Assembly: GCA_973895155.1 (NCBI GenBank)
Contig: OZ316896.1
Coordinates: forward strand, 19,828,754-19,892,753
Direction of reading: 5' to 3'
DNA: 64,000 nt
Source of the DNA: Marsupella aquatica
Taxonomy: Eukaryota > Plantae > Marchantiophyta
In this document: positions 1 to 13,839 of the stretch, in pieces
How the letters are laid out: each line of letters starts with the position of its first letter
Numbering within the stretch: the first letter of the stretch is position 1
The notes under the pieces: generated by a model
Databases searched by the model: none
What the model saw: only the letters and a program-made list of their open reading frames with translations
Told to the model about the DNA's origin: nothing
Position numbers and translations under genes: made by a program

Positions 1-1696
1 TTCTTTGAAAACACAGTGCAAAGTTCTTTAGCTACGGTTAGGCCCCTGAGCTGTGGGAACCTGGAAGGAATATAGCTTCGGGTTGATTTGCCTGTCGAGT
101 CCAGGGCATTCCTAATTGGTTTGAGATACTTTGAACAAATCGGCCCGTGGTAAGCCACAAGGACATCCAAGATCGATGAGCAGGCGAAGCACTGCGAGTG
201 GACAGCAGAAGTAGGAGATTGAGTCGAGAAGATGAATTTGGGGTTCAGGACTGAGCGATTGATATATGATTATTAGTCGACAGAAGCCGACGTATAGACT
301 GGTTTGAAGCAGTAAATAGGTGAAGGCATACAGTTTCATTTTAGGCTTACGAAAAGTTTGTCCCAACTGGAAGTGGGCCTCGTCCACTACTCTCCACCCA
401 GAGGTACTTCTGAGAGCAACAGATCCCACATGAGGGAATGTGGTAGAAAGCACAAATGCCAGATTTCAATGAATGAATGGCTCTCTGGCTGACTGAACCT
501 GAGCCAGAGTTGTTGGACAATGACATTCAAGAGTGAAGTATCAGAGAAGTGTGTCTCCTTTCCGTTGATTTAATGTCCTGCTTGTTAGACTTAGTTACTA
601 CGCTAGATCACTAGATCATCATACTATTGCAGTGGTATGTGACATCCCAAATCTCAAAGAACCTTATCTCCCTTCATGATTTCGTGTCTCACTAGCAGAC
701 AACACTACATGATTATCACTATATTGCACAAGTCTGAAATCTCAAAGAACCTCTCCCCTTTGATGATTTCCCCTTTGATGATTTCATGGGCTCCTTGCAG
801 GTTTAGACACAACACTTCATGTGGGATCATGATGTTATCCCACTATTGATATTTATTCTTTGGCCTTCATGTTTGTTCACAGTTCACCCCCATGATACTC
901 GTTACATTTAGCTACAGAAATCACTAAAATTTTATTAAGGGGAGCCGTCAGACTGGCTAATAGATCCTGCAACTTGATACTAGACTGGCTAATGAGAACC
1001 AAAACATCTGGCCAATATTTGCCAAAAGTATGTGGATGAGGTGGAATTTGGGAATATTTCACCACTCTAAAAATGTGCCAATGTTGGGTGCCCAACAGAT
1101 TTGGGACAACAAGCTTCTAGCTCCTCTTGATGGATATTGAATCATGTTATTATGCGCTTTTGGGCTGTATTCTTCTCCCTGAGGATTGTGCTGAAGTGTA
1201 AGACGTTTCTTTAAAAGTAATATTTTGAAATGGGAAACCTCCAGTTAGCAAGTGGTTCTTGGTTCACCTTAAAACAAACCAAGGAGGGAAATTTCTTCCT
1301 AACTTTGACTAGAGTTTCTTCATTTCCATTACCTGGCCTTTGTTCTATTGTGCACCCATGTTTGAACCCTTTTTGTGTGTGTTTGTGTGGGGGGGAGCTC
1401 CAAAGCTTTATTTCACAGATAAAGGAACAATGCATAACATCAGGTGAGGCCAAAGGCGCTAACCCAGGGAATGAACATGCACCCAAGAAAGGACTGGAAA
1501 GGAAGCTACTAATCCAAGGTGCTCTGTCAAAAACGATGACATGAGTAGAGGGAACTGCCTCTAAAAGGTTGGCCAAAATCACTAGCGAAGAGCATTCTAA
1601 AGCTTTACTATTATTGCATTACTCTCTACTGTACCATTAAAATAGGGCAATGAGCCTCTTTTTAGTATACATGGAATTGTTCATTTATCAATCAAC

Positions 1697-1938
1697 GAGC
1701 CCTAGGCCAGTGCATTGCCCCATCCTAGGAGGGCCGGCCCATAGGGAGTCGGGCCGGGGCATTTATGGGGCAGCAGGAAGCACATATGTGCTAAGGGTGC
1801 ACATTTATTTCATTAATGGTCAGGGAAAAGAGCTAATCGAATTCGACGGCTGTGGATCTTTCCCACCCAAGAGCTTTTTTGTATTGGGACAAAGGACGAA
1901 GGACGAAAAACAACGGGATCCCTTATTATAGTTGTAGA
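1697..1938 (-). mobile_element. Fragment of a non-autonomous Helitron-like repeat, same family as 41952-42205
   Basis: About 240 bp align by eye with 41975-42205 (gagccct...ggtcagggaaaa...tggatctttccc.cccaagagct...gggatccctta.tatagttgtagat). The minus strand starts A|TCTACAACTATA. The 3' end is not resolved. Confidence 0.5.
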
Positions 1939-4900
1939 TGGACACCCCTAAAGTGTACATCCCTGCCCTAACCATGATCACCTACCTTTAAGTGCAATTT
2001 TATTGAATGAATTGTGCCCTTACCAAAGGGTCGCACCTATACAGCTGTCATTTAGCAAATTACATTTGGCCTGTTGCACTTAGAGCATTCCCACCGGTCC
2101 TGTAAAACAATTGATTCTACTAAATAACTTTCACTGGCAAAGCGTAACACTGATGGCCATTTATACTTTGCATCATTTGTTTGTAGACAAGCAGACAAGA
2201 TTGTTAACCATGTTGAGCACCTATGGTACAGGCCTTCCCGGCGGGCTCTGGACCTAACGACAAGAGCACGTTATGTTGTTACATACATAGCTGCAACACC
2301 TATTCGTCCCTCTTTGGAAGAATTAATGGGGGCCTGTCGGGATCTCATAGCCAACTATCAGATATTCTAGAACAGCCCTCGTTTCCGGATTTATTTGCAA
2401 CTGCGCTGAAACTAGGCTCCATGTGTTACTGATTCTAGATTCTCTGCAATTTCCGACAGTAGCTCACGTATTTATAGTTTTGTGGTTTGAGAACAAGCGC
2501 TAGACGCTTCACAAAATGCCTTGACTTCCCTCAATGTTTAGAAATTTGGAACTTCGTTGTGTCTTTTAGTACTTGAAGTCGTCTGGCTGAATTTTCACTT
2601 AGCTGGTCTTAGGGACGGTACCAGACCTGTACAAGTTTTTAGGAAACTAAGTTTAATGGATCTGCGCATGGGTGTGAAACTGGAGGATCTGAATTCCCAC
2701 AAGTCTGTAATGGTTGCTTTCCTACATATCTGAAAAGGTTAGGGTCAACATTGGCTTGAACTTCTATGGTTTCCAGTGCTCACTAGAAATCTGATTTCTG
2801 CTCATCCTAGTAAATTATCACTTCCTGGAATCAAGTGTAGAATGTCTGGTTCCAATTACTGTCACTTGCTCTCAGGCATCTTGTCGTGCAAGACCATGAT
2901 GTGAATTTGAGACCAATTTTGCCCAGGCTGGTCTTGCAAATTTTTGTCCGTTGTGCGTGGTTTTTTTTGCTGGTTTCAAACAGGAAAATTTGAGAACGGT
3001 AGTTTGAGTTTCATAAGCTTTATTTTTTGTGATATTTGAAAGGCCCCTGTCTCCAGTAAATACTGCTACTTGCCATTTCGGACTCTATATGGATTGTGGA
3101 TATGCAAGTTTCTTAGGTCGTTGAGTCGACAGTGTGTTTGTGTCCAACCAATATTTTCTGCACTCCGAGCAGTACTCATGTCTAATGGTGTCTAATGGCG
3201 AATCAGCTCATAGTTTTCCTTCGGGTTTGTAGTGACCGGCTGCACTCCAAGCAGTACTCATGTATTTACAGTGACTGCCTCAAAGGGAGAAAAGCTGATT
3301 TCCGAGAGTCAGGATAGATCAGCTACGAAGGTAAGAATAGCCAAACCTGACCTCCCGTGCAAAGCGTGCTTTATCGTTTTTATTAAAGTTTGCTTTCCAA
3401 GACAAAAGAAAGAATAGCCAGACCTACGAGTAAGTCATGTGATGGACGGCCCCATGGAAGAGTCCATTAAAGGAGACAAAGATCCCCACCAGAGAGGCCG
3501 TGAGTAATCAAACCAAGACTTTAAAGGAGACTGAGGTAAGCACTGTTGGACAAGTAACTGACCCATATGATCCCTTATTGAATGCGCAAGCTTCTGTGGA
3601 CCAAAGGATTTAGCCTCATTCTCTGACCACAGCTAACATAGAGTCTTGGAATTGATGTGTGACTCCCTTTGATTGGACTAGCACCAGTCCTGCAGGATTC
3701 TCCCCAGCAACATAACACGAAGTCAAAAAGCTGAATCTCTACGTTAAAATTGAACTTTGTCGTGAATCCCGTCGCCTAGAATAACCAGGAATTGAGTCAG
3801 GCTCCAGCAATTCGAGAAACGCAATTGTCCCGAAGCTAAATTTGAATTCCAACTAGTGGCCCATGAATTGCCGCAGTAGCAACAAAAAACCCAGTTCTCA
3901 ATGCATGACGAGCCAAACATGATGTTCAAAATCTGTGGTAGCGTGCCTTATGGTGGACATGTACACATATATAAGGGCACCACAAGAAAATGCCGGTGGC
4001 ATGAAGAAAGACAGGCATAATAAGATGGGTTCTCCCAAGTGATCTTCAGACTGGGCCATTTCTCAACCAAAAATAGAGTTTTCAAACCGAGCCAAATATG
4101 ATTTCAAGATCACTTCTGGAGTCGGGTCGAACTCTTCCACATATAAATAGCGAGCCTCCGTCTACATTATCCAACCTTGTATTCATCTGCTTCTCGACGC
4201 CCTTCATCATTATATCTGCTGTGTACTCCGAGAAAACAATGTATGAAAGAAATAAAGCTTACAGCTCTGAAAGGCTTCGATCTGTTACGTAACCCTGATT
4301 CATGTTCTTGACCTCAAGCCGCTTAACTAGAACTAGCTGTTGGTAGACTGTATCCTCAAGAAGGTTTTGGAAATTCTAGCTCGTTAGTGGGTCAGTTGTA
4401 CAATCCACAAACGAGATGGATCCTGTCGGAAATTATTGTATCAAGGTTAAATTTCGAACAGGTGAACGTCTTTAGGAATACAAGCTGGTGAAGAGAAGCC
4501 TATTGCGACGTCGAGAACATACAGACCTGGCAGACGAAAGATTGGTTGCAGTAGCTTACATGTAGTCAAAAGAAGAGTACAACTAGCATCCTGGTTTCGA
4601 AGGAGCAGAAAAGAGAGAAACGAGGACAAAGCTATTTGATATTAGAGCATGTACTAATGTAAGCTATCCACATGAAGCGGTGAGAATCTGCATCACCCAT
4701 TGATCAATTTCATTAACGCGTTCATTGACAAGTATGCGTCGTCAAATTATGAACAATTTCATTCATTACAAATGTGTAGACGATATATAAGAAAGAACAC
4801 ACAGTTTGGCATGGATAAAAACGCTTAGAATGATTCATAAACATATCTAAAATCTCCGTGTTGGAACTCATAAGACCAACCATGGCGTAGACAGATGGTT

Positions 4901-5389
4901 CGACAGCACGAATCAAAGTACTACGCGACTGGCCACTGACTTGTGGACGGAATCTGATACAATCTTGAACAAAGCATCTTAGTATTAGAAAAATACCTCA
5001 GTGATATATTCTCCACCTCTTTTTACATCTGTAGTAGACCAGTTAACTTGTAATGTGATAAGCGGTTCGCTTATTCCTGATTTTGTGAAGGTTCAATTGT
5101 GGAACAACTTCATTTCGCCGCAAAGTCCTAGTTCTGGAAACTTTTTCCCATCAATTAAGCTTTGAGAAATGCTCCATTCTAGATCACGATCTGAAGCTTG
5201 TATCAATGTCCGCAGCATAGTAAATCATCTCTGTTTTACTTGGTTGCGATCCATGGGCATATGTGACAACTATGGCAACTTCAAAGGACACCGTCAGTTG
5301 ATAATTGATTGGAGTTTCCGCTGTAAAACCGGAATTTCTTGTAGAACTAAAATGGGACTGACCTCTCTACTGAATCTCCAGAGTGGATA

Positions 5390-5740
5390 TCAGGTGCACT
5401 TTTGTGCAGGCTCGTCGACGGGGATGATGACCGGCCACTCCTGCCCCGCATCCCGAAAACGCTGCTCGGTTTCCATCATATCTGCCTGGGCGAGAATTCC
5501 TCTCCGAATCTGGTTGGCATGCATTACCGATCCATCCAGCTCCTGTACTCTGCCATTTGCGTAAGTCACGGTAATAAGAGGAGTAGCCTCGTCGGTCCTG
5601 CGCTTGACTATGACCTCGCACTTCGGGTTCGACTGCCGGGCCTTCCTCGAGTTGCATTGTGCCAGAAATTCCAGGGCCGACGCTGCTCGGGGGTCCAGCG
5701 CATTGAACTCTATTCTCACCTTTGATAAATGCTTGAACAT
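5390..5740 (-). CDS. MRPL53: Mitochondrial large-subunit ribosomal protein mL53, intronless, 116 aa
   Basis: MFKHLSKVRIEFNALDPRAASALEFLAQCNSRKARQSNPKCEVIVKRRTD...ETEQRFRDAGQEWPVIIP matches the plant mL53 family as I recall it. Confidence 0.88.
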   Translation of the reverse strand: MFKHLSKVRIEFNALDPRAASALEFLAQCNSRKARQSNPKCEVIVKRRTDEATPLITVTYANGRVQELDGSVMHANQIRRGILAQADMMETEQRFRDAGQEWPVIIPVDEPAQKCT

Positions 5741-5741
5741 C

Positions 5742-5776
<35 letters not shown>
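5742..5776. repeat. (CT/GA)n microsatellite immediately 5' of the mL53 start codon
   Basis: ctctctctttctctctctctctctctctctctctc read directly. Confidence 0.9.
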
Positions 5777-6275
5777 GCCGTATATCTCTCTCCTGGGGCT
5801 CCGTGGACTCCAAAATATATCGATTCAGTTTTCTCGTTAAACCTTAAAACCCTAAAAACTCAATTCAGTTCTCCCTAATTCCCCAAAACTATTCAATTCC
5901 AGAGTGAAACGAGGGCTCTCCCTATCAAAAGGGTTGCCCGTCCGTTGGGCTTTTCCCGGTGTGCCTACTACTACCGTAGTTTTGTAGAGGGCGTGAGTGT
6001 TCTAAAGCTAGCCGAGCCGTGTGCCCATGCAGTGCAAGTGTTAGCCGCGAGTCACACATCCTGATTGTTCTAAAGCCAGGAATCGGGTGTTGCAAATTGG
6101 ATTCCGGGGAAATGAGTGTTTGGACGTTGGCCACAAAGAGGTGAATCCCGTCACTGAAGTTCCAGGACAGGAGGCAGTCGCCGCACCGCAGCGCAGCGAG
6201 AGGCTCTACACCATAGTTGTGCAACGGGGAGGTGGAAGGCAAGGTGGCCGGAGTTGATGCGAGGGGAGCTAATTA

Positions 6276-6455
6276 AACCGCACCTGCCACTATAAAAACC
6301 TCATTACATGTCTCACTACTCACCATAAAAGCTAATATTTGTCCAAAAAAAGGTTTTACAGTCAGCACCTTTTGTGGAGCTCAAAGTACATTCTTGAATC
6401 TATACTCTTTCCAATGAGAGCTACGGGTTACCCGTTTATAGTGGCAGGTGTGGTT
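6276..6455. mobile_element. Small MITE (~180 bp) with TA flanks, Stowaway/Tc1-mariner-like
   Basis: Terminal inverted repeats AACCGCACCTGCCACTATAAA / TTTATAGTGGCAGGTGTGGTT (1 mismatch), each flanked by TA. Confidence 0.7.
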
Positions 6456-6829
6456 TAGACTAAGGCCGCAGTGCCACAATTTTATTTCTGCCCCAAAGTC
6501 AAGGTCGGCTTCAATCGAGTGTAGACACTTGGCCATGAACAGTAGGAATCAAGGTCTAGAGGTTCAGATCAAGATTATCTACTGTCCTTAGATTGAAGTA
6601 CACCTCTAAATGCCCCCCACCTCTTGTACAACAAACCTTCATTGGAATGAGTTTTTTTATTTTATAAAACAAAGCCGGCAGCGAAAAACCCCACGGCAAG
6701 GGCAAACAAGGCAGAGCACACAAAAAACCCCCGCAGGCCCCCTGAAGCAGAGGGCCAGGGAGTCACACGACAAGAAGGCCCCAGTGGCAGAAAGCAATAA
6801 GGAGGCCCCAGTGGCTTGTACAACAAACC

Positions 6830-6995
6830 TTATGTAATTCCTGGAACCTTTTCTACTAGGTACCACCATTTCCATAACCCTCCGTCCCAGAAAGTACTGC
6901 CAGGTAATTTTTTCCGGGAAGGTATTAGGTATGATAATGACTGTTTGGGTTGGGGTTCCAGCCTGAAACCTGTTCCCACAAAGAACTTCCCGGCT
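6830..6995. repeat. Dispersed repeat with an inverted copy at ~27720-27920
   Basis: The reverse complement matches gtgggaacaggtttca...gaacccca.ccc.aa...aaaaaattacc.gg...gggttatggaaatggt.g.acctagtagaaaa at 27750-27885. Confidence 0.7.
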
Positions 6996-7058
6996 GCACC
7001 TTGTTCAGGGTTTAGGGTCAGCATTTTCTCACTTTCTGATCACAAGGTTAGAGACTAA

Positions 7059-7415
7059 GGGCCGTCTTGCATGTGCAAGGTCTTTTGATTTTCGGCCCTC
7101 AAATGAACCCCTGGCATCTCTAAACGAAGCGACAAGCCGGCAGTCCTGATGGCGTCTTTGGAGGATATGCAAGGGCAAGGGCCGGAAAATTTCCGGCCCT
7201 TGAGGTCCCAAACTTTGAACTTTGAATACAACAAAATGGCAGTAGATCCGACTAAATAAGCACTTCACAGGTAAGCTGTTTTTGATTGTGTTTAGATCCT
7301 GGGTCCACAGTTTAGGGTTTAGGGTATGAACCCTAAACCTAAACCCTAAACTTTATCCCGACATTTGTGGGCTGCTAAGGGTCGCATTTTTACTCTTGCA
7401 CATGCAAGACAGCCC
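7059..7415. mobile_element. Tourist/PIF-Harbinger-like MITE (357 bp) containing telomere-type repeats
   Basis: TIRs GGGCCGTCTTGCATGTGCAAG / CTTGCACATGCAAGACAGCCC (1 mismatch); TAA on both flanks (7056-7058, 7416-7418). Confidence 0.8.
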
Positions 7416-8286
7416 TAAACCCCATACCAAACCATCATTACCCTAAACTTTCGGGCCTGGGGACAAGGTTTAGCGTCTTGGACTACAAGAAACCATCGGC
7501 AGCTGAGGGCAGGCCCGAGAGAGGACAGGCCACAAGGAATGACCACAAGAATTTCTATACCTTCTGGAGTCCGGCAGGAGCAGTAGCGTTACCTCTCGCT
7601 ATGGTGTTCGTGAAGGAGCTAGTTGTGTTCGTGAAGGAGCTCACTCAGTCTGCGAAAGCACTTGTTTGAGTGGGTTGAAGAATTTTATTAAAACCACGTG
7701 CAGCAATATTCTTTGGGCTATTAAGTAACATTCTGTATCGATCAAGTCGTTCGCAACTACAGTTGGTCGAAGTGAAAGAAATATGAGAGCTTCTCACACT
7801 GTCTCGTTTTTGCCCGCGACTATATTTGGTTTAAGCATTTTGTCATAGCTCGGCACAGACATCTTAGCTTTACATAGCATTCAACGATCTTTGAATTTGA
7901 GGTCTTGCATTTTCTGCAATGAGTGCTCCTCCCGGTGCTCTTGCAGTTCACTTGAGCATCTCTGCAGCAATCGGGACTCCCAGTTGGCATGGTCTAACAA
8001 GCAACTGAAAACAACTAAGAATCTTGCCTGGTTTCTTTCGCTGTCACGTGCGATTCCTCTTTGCGTGACGGGTAGCCTGCTCACACCCGCCCAAAAGTGT
8101 CGGGGATGCCCAGACCTGGAATTACCTCAAACTCAAACTCCAATCATGGCATCAAACCAGGGCACCACTCACCCTGTACATATCTTCTCCTCATTGCGCG
8201 TGCAATGAGGCTGGTCTTCAGGCCATTTCAGGGTATTTAGGGAATCTAGTGCATGGTCTCCTACATGCGGTGCACTGTGAACTCAG

Positions 8287-8620
8287 GTTGAGGGAGTTGT
8301 GTGTTGGGGGTTTGGTTAGGAAGGTTGAGTGGAGTGTTTTGGGGGTTTAGTTGTGGGTTGGTGAAGTTGTGTGTTGAGTTGGGTTATATGGGGGGTTGAG
8401 GGAGTTGTGTGTTGGGGGTTTGGTTAGGAAGGTTGAGGGGAGTGTTTTGGAAGTTGAGTTGTGGGTTGAGGGAGGTGTGTGTTGAGTTGGGTTATGTCGG
8501 GGGTTGAGGGAGTTGTGTGTTGGGGGTTTGGTTAGGAAGGTTGAGGGGAGTGTTTTGGAAGTTGAGTTGTGGGTTGAGGGAGGTGTGTGTTGAGTTGGGT
8601 TATGTGGGGGGTTGAGTTTG
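8287..8620. repeat. G/T-rich tandem repeat, ~109-bp unit x3
   Basis: ggttgagggagttgtgtgttgggggtttggttaggaaggttgag... recurs at ~8287, ~8395 and ~8503. Confidence 0.85.
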
Positions 8621-9644
8621 GGATCAATCAACCATTGCTGGCGAAACCTGTGGCTACAGATGACAGTTGGGGAGAACCGGCCACGATTGGCAATGCAGCG
8701 GGTGGGGACAATTGCTCCCGAATGGAGCTACGGGATATGGCGCGTTGGGACAACCGATCACGAAGGAGGACGACTTTGGCGCTTCGGGACGGGATTGAAA
8801 CAACTAGTTCCGTCTTGGCACTCTCTTTCGCCTCGTTCAGACCAAGAGATGTTACTGAAGCTGGGCAACGAGGATAACTCTAGCGAATCTAAATGGTCTC
8901 AATTAAGTGTCTAGTAATCCCTCTGATCTCGACATGAGGCCGAATGATCGGAACCAATTCTCTTCTGCTCTAAGTGTACCCTCTACAGGTTGAATGACGA
9001 AGGAGGTGCTACAATCACTATCGACTCCTAGTAATTTCTTGGGAGTTGATTATCCTTGGCAAGTTGTATATTGCAGTTCCTGTGGGAGAGTTCTCATGTA
9101 GCAATGTCTGTTGTTTAAAAGACCAATCTCCAGTTAGATTCTCAAGTGTCGAAAGTGAATAGCTGGACAATTGGTTAGGTTGGAATTGCAGTTGCACTAA
9201 AATTTAAAGAATAATTCCCCAAATTGAGACCAGTGGCGTTGAAAACGCCAGAGACGGAAAGGAATCACGTTGTGTGAGGGAGAATTCCTGCCCTGGGAAG
9301 TCCAACCAGTTAAAGTACGCTTTACACCTCCGCAATTGGTTTTTGATAGTGGTCATGCCTACGAAGTATGTTTGCCATTGAAATGACCAATGAAAGTCCA
9401 CAGAGGAGGATTCTAGCTGTAATTTCTTGTTAGCTATACTGTCCACTGTAAATCCTGTGAGTATATAATTAGTGTGACATCAAAACTAAAGCGAGTCACA
9501 CTACTTTGTGTGAACATGTTATTAAAAGTCAACTCACACAAATAAAGTATGTTAAGTCACTATTTACTTTGTATGGAGAGTGAGCTTGACTCTCAGTTTT
9601 ATGCCTTTGATTTGTGTGCGATATTCAATTCAGGGCGAACACGA

Positions 9645-9842
9645 CCAAAAGTGTGATTTATAGTGAGACCAAAAGTGTGATTTCTTGTGAACTATAATTA
9701 GTGCGACACCTGAAATGATATGACTCACACTATTTAAAGGACTACGCAATTAGTGGCAACACCTTAGTTAGTGAGACCAAAAGTGTGATTTCTTGTGAAC
9801 TGTACTAGTGTGGCACCTGAAATGATGCGACTCACACTATTT
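9645..9842. repeat. Tandem duplication, ~109-bp unit
   Basis: tagtgagaccaaaagtgtgatttcttgtgaact...cacctgaaatgat...gactcacactattt occurs twice. Confidence 0.75.
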
Positions 9843-11013
9843 TATGTGGGATGTAAAGTTTAAAGGGCTCAATTAGTGTTTCTGTGCTTGTTTCTATTTC
9901 AAGTTCTATGTTCGGTTATCTCGGCCATGAGGCTGCTTTCAAGACTGACACCTACGTGCGTGGAAGTCCAATTATTGATATGCCCAGATTGTGACCTTCG
10001 ACAATCACTGAACGGGCGAGTACGAATGTCTTGCAGGTTTACTGTTCTTTGGGAATCCTCAATTCTTCTCTGGATTTCAGATCACCCATCTTCGCTCTTG
10101 TTGTTGATATCATCTCACTGCTTTATAGTTGAAGTGGAACTTCGGTTTCCAGGAAGGTCGATCCCATGGTTCAGTGGTACTGGCCCAGTTATATTGAGGG
10201 AGTTCACCTATTGTTGAGTCAGAGCAACTGTCGTCGGTAGCCGATGTTTGCGTATGAAAGCCATCGCCAGCTACAGGAGATCGTACAGAGGACAGCTTTA
10301 ACTTCGTAAAATTTGTTTGCAAACCATAGGTGTGTTTTCATTCTTAACATCATATCTCTGTGTCAGTTCACTTGCTCAATAATGATATTACGAGTCTCGG
10401 TTGAACAAGCTCTTCCCTTTATCAATCATTGAAACAATCATCAACAACACTGTAAATGCGGTTTCAAAGAACTGACTGTCACAGGATACATTTTGAAGTC
10501 AGAAGTAAAATTATCATTTCACTTTTGAGTATTTGGGCATTTGAAGACACCTTGCCTAATTTGCAATTGCAATAGGATTTGCCTGAAATCCGTACAAAAT
10601 CTGAGATTTTCTAATAGATGCACGAATAGATGCCAATCAGCTCTTTTTGTGGCCCTTAGTGGTTTATGTTTTCTGTCTTACAGTACAGATCCCTCTTGAG
10701 CTACGAAGTGCAGTGACCGCATGTAGTAGCACAGGAGAAGATAGAACCACATTTCATATATACTTTACACCATAATGCTAAGTACCGAATCCAAATGTTA
10801 CTCTCATACCTACCTAAGCTGTGGAAGGCCAACCTTAGAACCAGTGATAGGATCGAAATCCAGCAGTTACAGCGCGCACGTCCTATAAGTGGTACTGGGT
10901 TCACCGCCAAAGGTGACATCGGATCGACTAAACTACAGTACTATTGAATCCAGTGCGTTCGCCCGAAAAATCGACACAGATAACGAGAAAGAAGCAACAG
11001 AGTGCTAATTTGT

Positions 11014-13095
11014 TCAAGCTAAGGGTGGGTTCTTCCACCCAAAGAGAAACTCGGTTCTCTCGCCATACAATCTGCCAACTTTGTCGGCGAGCTCTTTCTC
11101 GGGAAGCAGAGCCAGCCACACCCCGGTGTCAGCTCCCTCGGCTGCATTCTTCGATTGGAACCCTGGAGGCGCTTCAAATCCCCCGTCTTCAGCTCCGCGC
11201 TTGAACATCTGGGTTTGCGTCGGGCCGGGACACATGGAAGTAACGAAAATTTGATGATCTTCGGGTTGCGACTTCAGAAGAGATTTCCCTAGCGCTATGG
11301 AGTAAACGTTCAACAACATCTTGGATTCGCTGTATAGGGGCAATTTTCCAGTCTCTTGAGGTATCCATCCTTCGTCAACGAAAGTCCCCGCTTTCACGTC
11401 CTGGACGTATTTTTCTGCAAGCGAATCAGCAAGCTCCTCAGAGTAACTGTCTTCATCCCTGAACGTCTCCAACACTGCCCCCTTCAATCGCTGAGTACAC
11501 AAGGGAGAATCAATTTACGTGCAACATGTTAAGTTACGAGAAACTCTCAAATACAAAAATCGTCAAGTCGTGCAAGTTTCACCATCAAACCACGAAATCA
11601 AAGAAAGTAAATTCCAGCTGCATCACATTGACTGGTTAAGTTTTTTTGAGATTTTCCGCTGAGATTCATAACAGCAAATCAGGCGCAGTATCTGTCGATG
11701 CATCCCCAGTCGAAGATAAATTCAAATTGCCGCAAGGCAACCATCATCCTCCGAGGACTGGCGCACTTGCATGCATTGGCATTGGATAAGCATGCATAGA
11801 GTTCTAGGTGCTGATCATTGCATCATGAACCACCTACCTCGTATAGTCCCGCTCGAGAAGTGAGATTCACGATGCGAGCTCCAGCAGGGGACGCTCGCAG
11901 CACTGGCAGTAAACCTTCCGTCACATTCTTCACGCCAAAGTAGTTGGTGTCTATGAGCGCCTTTGCATTTTCGTAGGTCACCTTCAAGCCATCTAAGCCG
12001 GGGGCCGGTCCCGAGATAATTCCAGCGTTGTTTACCTGCCCCGCATCAACAGTAGCGTATGGGTGCATCATCAGGACTACTAATCATTTTGTCATGTTCA
12101 TACACGATACCCTGGGTCCCTCCAGAAGTAACACAAATCCTCAATGGACTCGATCTGCTGCTTGCACTGTTTCAGGCGGCGTATTGAATCAGGACAGGAG
12201 CAGTGTATGGATTTCGAACTATGGAACACTAAAGAGGGTCAAAGGAGAGAACGCACAGAAGGTGTGAGATAGAACAGACAATAAAATCTGAGAAAGTGGG
12301 GAAAACACATACCTGACATAACAATCCAGCATATATATATATGTCAAACGACTAAGCAGCTTTTGTCTCTGTACGTACTGTATAACAATTGTGCATCTCG
12401 GAAACACAGATGCCATCGAATATATAGCAATTGACAATCCAAACGAACACCTAAGTACAATGTACCCATAATCGAGATAAATCGATTTGTTGACGAATTG
12501 TATGTGACAGATGACACCTTATAACCTTCAACTCTTCTGAAGGAGGACGAACACCGGAATTGATCATGAATTCCAGTTTCAAAGATACCAAGCCACACTC
12601 ACCAGGATGTCAAGACCACCGAACTTTTCTTTCAACCATGTTGCCAACGTCTTCACCGATTCTGGGCTACCGACCTCCAACTCATGGAAATAGATATTTT
12701 TCAGCCCCGTTGCCTTCAGCTCATCGACGGCAGCTTGGCCCTTGACTGGATCCCGTGCTGTGAGGACAACGGTTAAGCCCTTGGTTGCAAAGGCACGAAC
12801 GAACTCGTACCCAATGCCCTTACTGGCCCCAGTCACCAGAGCGACCGTGTCCTCCGACCACCATCTGAAGAGGAACACCAGATTTACAATTAAAACTATC
12901 CAATTCACTAAGTTCTACAGAAGAAGTCACTTCGGGGTTCAGTACATTCTTGCTATCTTTTCAATGCGTGCTCCAAGAGATTGAGCGAATCGATGGAACG
13001 AAATCGAAGATCATGGAAAATATCGAACCCCATGCTATGCAATCCAAAGTGATTTGTATAATTATAGTCAATGCGTACTTTTCACTGTTCGCCAT
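11014..13095 (-). CDS. SDR copy 1: carbonyl reductase / neomenthol dehydrogenase-salutaridine reductase-like, 4 exons, ~317 aa
   Basis: Exons 13095-13079, 12864-12603, 12035-11838 and 11490-11014 with GT-AG introns in phase. Motifs TGASKGIG, LDILVNNAG, TNYFG, YSESK (YxxxK), MCPG. Confidence 0.9.
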
Positions 13096-13839
13096 TGATT
13101 GCAGTTTGAGCAGCTGAATGACTACAATAGTGATGTGCTCGGTAAAATGTTGTCTTCCTTCTGTAGAGTAATTTTTGGTGTCCGGCTCCTGCATTAAACG
13201 TTCACCAGCAGTTCACCCGTCGAAGGGTAAACGCGCGAACGCACGCTGGTGTGCTTCCTGCCTGTCGAGGTGAAAAGGCGGCACAATAATGTGCACTTGA
13301 GAAGTAGTGCAAATGGAAAGTAACTCTCGAACACTCACCGATCCCCACAAAAAAGCTTTACGTTCTGTACTTATTAAGCTCTCCACCTCCTTCGCTCAAG
13401 GTATCAGATATGACACTCTCAAGAACTCAACTCCAGGGTCTCTTATTATGGTGATTGCTTGAGCAGAGGCAGGTTCCGACCAAGCATCCTTCGCATTCCG
13501 CATCTATCTCTGGTACTCTTCATCGTCGAACATTTCAATTCAATGTATTCGGCAGGAGGAAACCGGGGAGGAAACTGGACACAGAATAGATTGGAGAATA
13601 GATTGGAGAATATATTGGTCATCATAGCCACAATCCACCAATCCCTGCCGGCGATCTAAGGGATCGCTGCAAGTGCTCACGAAGTTTCCCAGGCGTGTCG
13701 TTTGTCCCTTAAAATTTTCAGCGGCAGCACCAAAGGAATGTGTAGGGTAACCCTTTGTCATGGGCAGCACCAAAGATAAGTGTAGGGTAACCCAAGAGGA
13801 GGGTGAGCAGGAGGGGGTTATAGCCATAGCCCGCAAGTG

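Noticed and set aside
100-4700. Possible highly decayed LINE fragments (also ~8.6-9.4 kb)
   Set aside because: Only vague hints such as LGCP and GWNC; no continuous RT or endonuclease motifs could be supported.
5169-5840. ORFs overlapping mL53 in other frames or on the other strand
   Set aside because: Shadow ORFs of the real mL53 gene and its microsatellite.
7309-7350. Chromosome end or telomere fusion site
   Set aside because: Only ~5 units, and they lie inside a TIR/TSD-bounded MITE.
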